Source: a virus. Taken from it: a stretch of 64,000 nucleotides of DNA. Shown piece after piece: positions 18,464 to 25,854 of the stretch (the stretch's first letter is position 1; each line of letters begins with the position of its first letter). Under the pieces are notes generated by a model. The model made no database searches, was not told the DNA's origin, and saw only the letters and a program-made list of their open reading frames with translations. The position numbers were made by a program, and so were the translations under genes. Location of the stretch: positions 11,870-75,869 of the IMG/VR virus record IMGVR_UViG_3300037296_000046, one strand, 5' to 3'.

Positions 18464-20830
18464 ATGGAGGTCATTCACCACGAACAGTCAGATACCCATG
18501 TTGTTATGGGTGGCAAGAAAGTCCGTTCCTTCGGTATTTCCAACAACTCGACATTCATTACAATGTTGTCTGAGGGTCTATACTCTGACAAAGAATTAGC
18601 CGTTGTCCGTGAGGTCATGTGTAACGGTTGGGATATTCACATCAATACAAAGCGTGAAGCTACACCTATGAAGGTGACTGTTGATGAAAAAAAGATGGTC
18701 TTCCGTGATTACGGTACAGGCATCCACGACAACATGATGGAACAGGTCTACTGTATCTATGGTAACTCTACCAAAGCTCACAACGGTGAGGAAAACGGTG
18801 GATTTGGCCTAGGTTCTAAGGCTCCATTCGCCTATTCCACACACTTTACTGTCACCTCATTCCATGAAGGTGTGAAGACTGTGTACGGTATCTCTCGTGG
18901 CTCCTTGGAGACAGAGAATAAGCCTGACATCCGAACCATGGTGTCTGTGCCTACCACTGAGACTGGCCTTGAGGTTTCTATCCCTCTAAAGACACCTCGT
19001 GATTCCCACCAATTCGTCCAACTGATCCGTGCTATTGCATTTCTGGGTCAGATGAATGTCGAAGTAAACGGTATCATTGCTGATAAGCTGGATGCAGATT
19101 TTGATAAGAACCATGTCAAAATGCTCACCCAGAATGAAGATAACATCCGTCGTCTTCAGATGCGTGAGGACATGTATATTCGTTATGGAACAGTGGTTTA
19201 CCCTCTGGTTTCCCATGAGGAATATCAGGATGAGTACGATCAACTTCGTCGTATCCTACCCAACCGTAACTACAGTGATTCTAAGTGCTTTATCATCCAA
19301 GCACAGCCTAACACCATTGCTGTGACACCTACACGAGAGACGCTCTCTTATACGAACCAGACCAAGGCCAGCATTAAAGGTCTTCTTCAGAAGGCTATTG
19401 ATGGTTTCAATGCTGTTGCACCTGAAGCATACAAGGCATTGGTCAATGGTATTATCTCAGAGTATTCTGATCTGCAAATGCCTGACGATGATCTATTTGA
19501 AATGATTGGTCGTAGTGAGCCTGTTGGTGATTCAGGTACTATTCGTAGTTATTTGGATGCTCTGAGTTCTTCACCTGTAGATATTATGCAGAACTACTTG
19601 TACTACAACAAAAAGTACAAAGAGATTTCTCATGCCAGCTATCAGAGTGTAGAAGAACGGAATAAAATCCATAAAGATGCTATCTACAAATTCTTTCCCA
19701 ATCACAAAGTGTTCTGGGACATGCTCTTTGCAGACGAGATTACTCTCCGTAGTAAACGTGATTGTATTCTTTGCTGGAACTGGAAGATGTACTACGATCT
19801 GGAAGGTGCTATCGGACCTGACAATATGAAATTCCTTCATCGCTTTAGCGGTGGATACCACAATACGTTTGATCCGATGCAAACCCCTGATCAAATCAAA
19901 AAAGAATTCATGAATCATGTTCTGAATTTCACTCAGTTTGAAGTAGGTTTCAGTCAGAAAGCTATTTCTGAAAATTCTGGTCGATATGAAAACAAGTCTG
20001 ACTTCTGCTTTATTCCTAATCGGAAAAAAGATGTTGGTGCTGATCTTGTTAGTAAACTACGTTTCGTAGGATTGGATGTTAAAGACCACCTTCAGTACAC
20101 AACCTATGTACCGAAAGACCCCAATGCTAAGAAGCGACCCAAGGGCTACACCTTGCTCACTGAGGTCGTCCGTGGTGGTGATTATTGCCAAGGAAACCTA
20201 GGAAACTATGACCTAAAACGGTCTGAGACTGCCCCTGCTATCTTCAACGAAGCCACCTACAGTCATGAACGGATTATAGACAGCCTACGGGGTATTGATC
20301 TGAAGCATGTGACCCAATTGGTTCCAGATGCAGTCATTGTTTCTAGTCCTACTACTGCCCAAAATGCTATTGAAAAAAGCAATGGCACAATGCGTAGTGG
20401 TCAAGAGGTTCTCTGGGAGCGTATTGCTAATTTGTATGTTAAGTATCCAGTTCTTGCTGAGCACTTTGCATATAAGGAATTGTCTGGTAGCATCATGTTC
20501 GATAGACTTCAGCGAATTGCTGAGTTCGATCCAGTGATTGCTGCCTACATTGGCTCTAAGTTCCCCGATGACAAAGACTATAATGCAGCCCTGTATCTAA
20601 TTTGCCACTTTGTTAATCGGTACTCTATGGATATACCCCATAGTGCTGCTCTGTTCCTTCGTGAATTCAAACGTGATTCTGGTAAAGCTGCTAGTGATAA
20701 TCAGGTTATCAAGAAGGTATCAGGCAACATTCTTCTTGGCTCGTTGGATTTGTCTAAAATCTACACTGCTGTTCGTAACCAAAGTGAGCAATGTGACGAC
20801 ATGTTAGCAATGCTTCACCTCACCCTCTAA
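18464..20830 (+). CDS. rIIA: rIIA-like protein
   Basis: GHKL ATPase N-terminus (REVMCNGWD, DYGTGI, GGFGLGSKAPF); adjacent to rIIB. Confidence 0.88.
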   Translation: MEVIHHEQSDTHVVMGGKKVRSFGISNNSTFITMLSEGLYSDKELAVVREVMCNGWDIHINTKREATPMKVTVDEKKMVFRDYGTGIHDNMMEQVYCIYGNSTKAHNGEENGGFGLGSKAPFAYSTHFTVTSFHEGVKTVYGISRGSLETENKPDIRTMVSVPTTETGLEVSIPLKTPRDSHQFVQLIRAIAFLGQMNVEVNGIIADKLDADFDKNHVKMLTQNEDNIRRLQMREDMYIRYGTVVYPLVSHEEYQDEYDQLRRILPNRNYSDSKCFIIQAQPNTIAVTPTRETLSYTNQTKASIKGLLQKAIDGFNAVAPEAYKALVNGIISEYSDLQMPDDDLFEMIGRSEPVGDSGTIRSYLDALSSSPVDIMQNYLYYNKKYKEISHASYQSVEERNKIHKDAIYKFFPNHKVFWDMLFADEITLRSKRDCILCWNWKMYYDLEGAIGPDNMKFLHRFSGGYHNTFDPMQTPDQIKKEFMNHVLNFTQFEVGFSQKAISENSGRYENKSDFCFIPNRKKDVGADLVSKLRFVGLDVKDHLQYTTYVPKDPNAKKRPKGYTLLTEVVRGGDYCQGNLGNYDLKRSETAPAIFNEATYSHERIIDSLRGIDLKHVTQLVPDAVIVSSPTTAQNAIEKSNGTMRSGQEVLWERIANLYVKYPVLAEHFAYKELSGSIMFDRLQRIAEFDPVIAAYIGSKFPDDKDYNAALYLICHFVNRYSMDIPHSAALFLREFKRDSGKAASDNQVIKKVSGNILLGSLDLSKIYTAVRNQSEQCDDMLAMLHLTL

Positions 20831-20841
20831 GGAAAGACACT

Positions 20842-22368
20842 ATGCCAAAACTAATAATCGTTGCTGCAATTGCCGATGTGGATAACATCGTGCTGTATTG
20901 CAAAGACGGTGAAACGCATACTATCAACTCTGCGGATTACCGTACAAAGGCAATCATGGACAAAGTGATGCCTGCGATCAATAACAACAAATCTGTTGAG
21001 ATTGAGATTGATGACTACAACCTTCACAACGAGTTCTCGGAACGTACTGGTGGCCTCATCAAGTTCTACCGTGTGCTCAAGAAGGCAGTCCTTGGTATCT
21101 TCGACAAGACACAACCTACTATGTCTGTCGAGGAAATCGAATCCACTGGAACCACCAAAGATGTCTCTCCTCTCAAGGAAGATGAAACGGTGGTTGCTGT
21201 CGTATCTGGTAAGGCTATTCCTAACATGGAAGCCATGGATCGTCAGATTAACCATGTGGTTAAGAACAACGCCAATCCTGCTGGTATGGTACGTTTCTTG
21301 GAACGTGTTGCCTCTGTCATTGATGAACGTGGTCACTCTGTTGAAGACCTGTTGAAGTTCATCAAAGACGCTGATCTGCCGATTGCAGATGATGGAACCA
21401 TGGTGGCCTACAAGTCCCTCTCGTCTACGGATTCAGACGGTGTCTATGTGGACCTTCATTCCCATAAGGTGAAGCAAGGCGTTGGTACACGGGTCTTTAT
21501 GAGCGCCAAGCTCGTTGACCCTGATCGCCGCAATGACTGCTCCAATGGTCTGCACATCGCTCGTCGTGACTACATCCGTACCTTTAGCGGTAATGTCATG
21601 GTGATCTGTAAGATTGCACCAGAAGACATCATTGCTGTACCTAAGTACAGCCCGTCTAAGATTCGTGTATGTGGTTATGACATCGTGGCACTCTTGGACA
21701 AGAAGTCTGAGGGTATTCTGCGTAGCAGCAATAAAGCTATGACAGATAACCCTGATGCTGCACAGCTTCTTGGTGAAATCATCGCTGGTCGTCATGCAGC
21801 TATCACTAAGACAACTGAGATTACTGCTGCTTGTGGTGGTGGTCTGATCTACAATGAGATTAAGGGTGAAAGCCAAGTCAAATTTGTGGATGACAAAGCA
21901 GAAGTTCAGGAATTGAATGAAGCTAAAAGTAATCGTCGCTTTGCTGATATTCCTGAGCCAGAGCCATTGCCTCCTGTAGCTCCTGTGAAGGCGCTCACAG
22001 CACTTGAGGTTGACCTGATGGAGAAAGACCCAACTCTTTCACCGAAGGCTCTCCGTGAGCAGGCTGACGCTATCTTGCTGCAACGCAAAGCAGACAAGGA
22101 AGCCAAAGCTAAGGCTAAGAAGGATGCAAACCTTCCCAAGCTGGCAAAGACTGAGCCTACCAAGAAAGCAAAGAAGGGTAAGCAAGCTGCTACGACACCT
22201 TCCAAGCCTACTGCTGCTACCAAGACGATCCCTGAACAGGCTCGTGAGTTGTTCATGGCTCAGAAATTCACTGAGTTGAACGACTTCAAAAAGAAGAAAA
22301 AGAAAAGCTGGGATTCCCTTGGCTTCTCTGTCACCGAAGAAAATCAGATCAAAGCCAAGCTCGTCTGA
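20842..22368 (+). CDS. rIIB: rIIB-like protein
   Basis: DG..VAYK, DPDRRNDCSNGLH, P.D..AVP...K.RVC.Y motifs; Lys-rich tail. Confidence 0.88.
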   Translation: MPKLIIVAAIADVDNIVLYCKDGETHTINSADYRTKAIMDKVMPAINNNKSVEIEIDDYNLHNEFSERTGGLIKFYRVLKKAVLGIFDKTQPTMSVEEIESTGTTKDVSPLKEDETVVAVVSGKAIPNMEAMDRQINHVVKNNANPAGMVRFLERVASVIDERGHSVEDLLKFIKDADLPIADDGTMVAYKSLSSTDSDGVYVDLHSHKVKQGVGTRVFMSAKLVDPDRRNDCSNGLHIARRDYIRTFSGNVMVICKIAPEDIIAVPKYSPSKIRVCGYDIVALLDKKSEGILRSSNKAMTDNPDAAQLLGEIIAGRHAAITKTTEITAACGGGLIYNEIKGESQVKFVDDKAEVQELNEAKSNRRFADIPEPEPLPPVAPVKALTALEVDLMEKDPTLSPKALREQADAILLQRKADKEAKAKAKKDANLPKLAKTEPTKKAKKGKQAATTPSKPTAATKTIPEQARELFMAQKFTELNDFKKKKKKSWDSLGFSVTEENQIKAKLV

Positions 22369-22462
22369 TTAGATACCCCATTGCATATTCTGTGCGATGG
22401 GGTATTCAACAATTCCCAATTAGTGTTGGCAATCATGTCTAACACAATTCAAGGAGAGAACC

Positions 22463-22816
22463 ATGAACGATGTCACTACTGCACCTGCTGCTTCGCCTGT
22501 CAGCCTGTCTGACCTGAAAGCTGCTCGTGACAAACTGAACGCACGCATTGCTGAAGAAACCAAGACCAACCGCAAGAACACCGTTGCGGAAATCAAAGCT
22601 CTGGTCGAAGCCTACGACATCCCACAAGATGAACTGGTTGCTTCTGTTTTCGGCAAAGCTCGCAAAGCTAAGGGTACGGCTACCAAAGCTGAACCTAAGT
22701 ATCAGAACCCTGCGGACACTGACCAGACATGGACCGGTAAGGGCCGTCAACCTGAGTGGTACAAGACTGCCATCGAAGGTGGTCAATCCCCAGAGACGAT
22801 GCTGATTAGCAAGTAA
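22463..22816 (+). CDS. hns: H-NS family nucleoid-associated protein
   Basis: PKYQNP...TWTGKGRQPEW DNA-binding signature; N-terminal coiled coil; AAGGAG RBS. Confidence 0.9.
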   Translation: MNDVTTAPAASPVSLSDLKAARDKLNARIAEETKTNRKNTVAEIKALVEAYDIPQDELVASVFGKARKAKGTATKAEPKYQNPADTDQTWTGKGRQPEWYKTAIEGGQSPETMLISK

Positions 22817-22834
22817 GCTGATCACATTACATTT

Positions 22835-22868
22835 AAGCCCTCTAGTATTCGTACTAGGGGGCTTTTTT
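22835..22868 (+). terminator. intrinsic terminator
   Basis: AAGCCCTCTAGTA-TTCG-TACTAGGGGGCTT plus T-tract. Confidence 0.88.
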
Positions 22869-22920
22869 CGTCTGAGGGTATGGGGTAGGCACTAGCATCC
22901 TCCCATATATCGAGAAAAAC

Positions 22921-23112
22921 ATGCCGATAGACTTTGCAGACTCAGCCCAAGACCTACAAGAGCTTCTGCTGAAACGGACCCTAGAGAACCAAAGTCAGAA
23001 GACCTCTGCTGCCTTTTCTGGCTTCTGCTTATCTTGTGAAGAACCAATTGAGAATCGTCGCTTTTGTGATTCAGATTGTCGGGAGGACTTCGAGAATAAG
23101 CACAAAAAATAA
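22921..23112 (+). CDS. TraR/DksA-like C4 zinc-finger protein
   Basis: N-terminal DFADSA (DxxDxA); CLSC...CDSDC. Confidence 0.75.
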   Translation: MPIDFADSAQDLQELLLKRTLENQSQKTSAAFSGFCLSCEEPIENRRFCDSDCREDFENKHKK

Positions 23113-24426
23113 TTGATTGGAAAACACATGCCACTGAACTTAGGGCAGAAAAATGCCTCGACAGAGTGTCTCCAATTCCTACTGTCACCAGATAAAGAGT
23201 TTCGTATCGCTGGGCCAGCAGGAGTTGGTAAGACATTCATGTTGAAATACATCATGAATACATTGATCAAGCAGTACGAACAGACATGTAAACTTCTGGG
23301 CATCAAGCCTACTGAGTTTGACATTGCTCTTACTGCTACGACCAACAAAGCTGCTGAGGTGCTTGCCACTTCTACAGGATACCCAACCCAAACGATCCAT
23401 AGCTTTATGAATCTACGGGTATACGACGATTACTCTAGCGGAGTATCGAAGTGCAATAAGACCCGTTCATGGCATGTCCATCGTGAGACTATCATCTTCA
23501 TTGATGAAGCCTCTATGGTAGATGAGAACCTGTACAAGTTCCTCATGGAAGGTACTGATAAGACATGTAAAATCATCTACATCGGTGATCGTCACCAGTT
23601 GGCACCTGTCTTTGAGAAGGTGTCCAAGGTCTATGCTACTGATCATAACTTGGTCGAATTGACTGAGCCAGTACGCAATGCTGACCAGCCTGCGTTGATG
23701 AATCTGTGTGAGCAGTTCCGTGATACGGTTAAGACAGGGGTGTTTAAACCTATTGTCGAAGTTCCCGGAGTCATTGACTTCATTGATGATACCAAATTGG
23801 CTCAAATGTTGGATGTCACTCTGAAGCCTGAAGATGTGGATGCTCGTATCCTCATGTTCACCAATCAGCGTGTCCATGACTATAACGAATATCTTCGTGA
23901 AGTTCGTGGACATGGTAAGATGTTTGCCAAAGGTGAAATCTTGGTAAACAATGCCTCTGTGGAAATCAGTGACAAGATTCAATTGTCAGTAGAACAGCAA
24001 TTCTTAGTGCTACAAGCTGACACTGATGTTCGTGAGATTGTAGTATGCCGTAACGATAGTTCTATCGTAATGGACATCTACAAGATGCGGATCACCCATG
24101 CTACAAATCCAAATGGTGAAGGCTTTGATGTCCGTATCCCATACGACATGGAACACTACAAAAAGCTGATGAACTATTTCAGCAACAACAAGATGTGGCC
24201 AGATTTCTACAACCTTAAAAACAACTTTCCTGATCTACGGATGAAGGATGCCTCGACTGTCTATAAGGCTCAAGGCTCCACCTATGAATTCGTGATCCTA
24301 GACCTAACTAACATCGGTCTATGTAAGGATGCTGAACAAACAGCACGGATGCTCTACGTTGGCGTTTCTCGTCCAACCACACGCATTTTCCTTTACGGCA
24401 AGCTACCCCCTAAGTACGCTGGCTGA
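23113..24426 (+). CDS. SF1 (Dda/RecD-like) DNA helicase
   Basis: GPAGVGKT, IDEASM, GDRHQLAPV, TVYKAQGST, YVGVSR. Confidence 0.92.
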   Translation: MIGKHMPLNLGQKNASTECLQFLLSPDKEFRIAGPAGVGKTFMLKYIMNTLIKQYEQTCKLLGIKPTEFDIALTATTNKAAEVLATSTGYPTQTIHSFMNLRVYDDYSSGVSKCNKTRSWHVHRETIIFIDEASMVDENLYKFLMEGTDKTCKIIYIGDRHQLAPVFEKVSKVYATDHNLVELTEPVRNADQPALMNLCEQFRDTVKTGVFKPIVEVPGVIDFIDDTKLAQMLDVTLKPEDVDARILMFTNQRVHDYNEYLREVRGHGKMFAKGEILVNNASVEISDKIQLSVEQQFLVLQADTDVREIVVCRNDSSIVMDIYKMRITHATNPNGEGFDVRIPYDMEHYKKLMNYFSNNKMWPDFYNLKNNFPDLRMKDASTVYKAQGSTYEFVILDLTNIGLCKDAEQTARMLYVGVSRPTTRIFLYGKLPPKYAG

Positions 24427-24434
24427 ACAAGTTT

Positions 24435-24508
24435 GGTTCTATAGCTCAATTGGATAGAGCTTCCGCCTCCTAAGCGGGTCTGTGTGGGTTCGAGTCCTAC
24501 TAGAACCA
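24435..24508 (+). tRNA. tRNA-Arg (anticodon CCT), CCA not encoded
   Basis: cloverleaf folded by hand: GGTTCTA/TAGAACC acceptor, GCTC/GAGC D stem with A20, loop CT-CCT-AA, GGTTCGAGTCC T arm. Confidence 0.93.
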
Positions 24509-24510
24509 CC

Positions 24511-24714
24511 GGAGTACGCAGTGGACCTAAGTTGCCACTGTGTAAGGTCAGGAGCCACCCCCACGGGGCTTCCTGATTACACCCTGCTGTGACCCTTAGA
24601 AAAGGTTACAGCGTGGTGGGTAGAGCCTAGCTCAAGCCCACTGTAGGTGGCTGAGAAGCCGCAGAGAAGGATGAAAGACCTTCGCATCTAGGTGGAAACC
24701 CTAGAACCAACTCA
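24511..24714 (+). ncRNA. putative structured ncRNA (seven consecutive hairpins)
   Basis: no ORF in the track; stems with G-U pairs and GNRA/T-loop-like loops tile the interval. Confidence 0.65.
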
Positions 24715-24727
24715 TTAGGAGAGACAT

Positions 24728-25219
24728 ATGCGGACTTACATCGGCACTAAAATCATCAAAGCCAAACCCATGACACGGGCTGAATACAACACCTATCGTG
24801 GGTGGGATTTACCGGAGAATGAAAACGGCGATGATGGTGGTTATCTCGTTGAGTACGAAGCAGCACCAAATGTTGAGACAAATCATGTCGATCATGCGGG
24901 CTATATTTCGTGGTCCCCAGATTCCGTATTTGAGGAATCTTATCGTGGTCCGGGAACCATGAACTTCGGCCATGCTTTAGAGATTCTAAAGTCTGGTGGA
25001 CGCGTCAGCCGTCAAGGTTGGAACGGCAAGAACATGTTTATCTTCTTGGTAAACGGTTCAACTTTCACCGTAAATCGTGAGCCACTGCTTTCGATCCTAG
25101 GTGAAGGAACAGAGGTCAATTACCACGGCCATGTGGATATGAAGACCGCTGACGGCATGATCGTTCCATGGCTCTGCTCGCAAACTGATATGCTTGCAGA
25201 AGATTGGGGCATTGCCTGA
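24728..25219 (+). CDS. two-domain protein: YIGTK...YISWSP domain fused to DUF2829 (Tad2-like) domain
   Basis: C-terminal MNFGHALEILKSG.RVSR.GWNGK.MFIFLV...WLCSQTDMLAEDW; AGGAG RBS. Confidence 0.82.
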   Translation: MRTYIGTKIIKAKPMTRAEYNTYRGWDLPENENGDDGGYLVEYEAAPNVETNHVDHAGYISWSPDSVFEESYRGPGTMNFGHALEILKSGGRVSRQGWNGKNMFIFLVNGSTFTVNREPLLSILGEGTEVNYHGHVDMKTADGMIVPWLCSQTDMLAEDWGIA

Positions 25220-25223
25220 TCAA

Positions 25224-25257
25224 TGGGGCAGCGTGTTTACACGTTGTCCCAACCTTT
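25224..25257 (+). terminator. hairpin after the DUF2829 gene (terminator or processing stem)
   Basis: TGGGGCAGCGTG-TTTA-CACGTTGTCCCA 12-bp stem; weak T-tract. Confidence 0.5.
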
Positions 25258-25337
25258 GTCGGTGTCACTGTAAGTGATGAGTGGGGTTTGATCACCCTTG
25301 ATCAACTCAGCAGGTGGGAACCCTGCCACCGGCTCCA
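25258..25337 (+). ncRNA. tRNA-like RNA with encoded 3' CCA, non-canonical
   Basis: 7-bp GTCGGTG/CACCGGC acceptor plus T-CCA; 5-bp GCAGG/CCTGC T stem with 7-nt loop; two further arms. Confidence 0.7.
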
Positions 25338-25356
25338 TATTACAAATGAGGATGTT

Positions 25357-25854
25357 ATGAGACTTGATTATCTCAAGCTCATCCCCTCCCTGATCGCTTC
25401 GGTCATGGGACCGGAGAAAGCTCGTTTCAAAAAGCTACGCAGCAAATTAGTTGAGGATAACATGAAGTTAGGCGGTAACGTCCTTGGCTTCAGGCACCTT
25501 GGCTTGCGCTATAGCAACAACCATCCCCGCGATACCAAAGGTGTTCACTTGCCTGCTGTGGAACCATCCTTTAAGGGTGAGGTCCAGCGATTCGAGGCTC
25601 TTGTCCTACGGGCAGAACGTGATGAGCAGCGTCTTCGCCAGTCTCTCACAGTTGTTCTACCGATGTGTGAAAGCCTACAAGACATCCGTGATGTTTTGCC
25701 AGAGGTATTCGTAACCGAAATTACACAGCTAAGCTCTCTCGTAAGAACCAGAGAGGCAGGCTACATACTGAGGGAGCATCCAGTGTTAAAGACCCAATAC
25801 GATCAAGCTGTAGAGATTGCTCTATTCTACACCGTCAATCGTCTGGTATTTTAA
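25357..25854 (+). CDS. N4 gp38-like protein (Nmad5-like)
   Basis: GAGGA RBS before ATG 25357; size and position between helicase and polymerase; SLQDIRDVLPE motif. Confidence 0.7.
   Translation: MRLDYLKLIPSLIASVMGPEKARFKKLRSKLVEDNMKLGGNVLGFRHLGLRYSNNHPRDTKGVHLPAVEPSFKGEVQRFEALVLRAERDEQRLRQSLTVVLPMCESLQDIRDVLPEVFVTEITQLSSLVRTREAGYILREHPVLKTQYDQAVEIALFYTVNRLVF

Noticed and set aside
24511-24600. Theta (HDV-like) ribozyme at the tRNA 3' end
   Set aside because: Position fits, but I found no P1 partner for the 5' GGAGTAC and no nested double pseudoknot by hand. A descriptor search would settle it.
24511-24714. Cobalamin riboswitch (GCCACTG present; phage has NrdJ)
   Set aside because: The GGGAA core and B12-box order are missing and it is not upstream of nrdJ.
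25258-25337. Piece of a tmRNA or a canonical tRNA
   Set aside because: No G3-U70 alanine determinant, no TTC T-loop, no D-loop GG and no 7-nt anticodon loop.
25204-25356. 5' extension of ORF 25204..25854
   Set aside because: TTG start without RBS, crossing a hairpin and the tRNA-like RNA; ATG 25357 has a GAGGA RBS.
25357-25854. Nmad5-like gene as evidence of DNA hypermodification
   Set aside because: Occupies a core N4-like position; no base-modifying enzymes recognised nearby.
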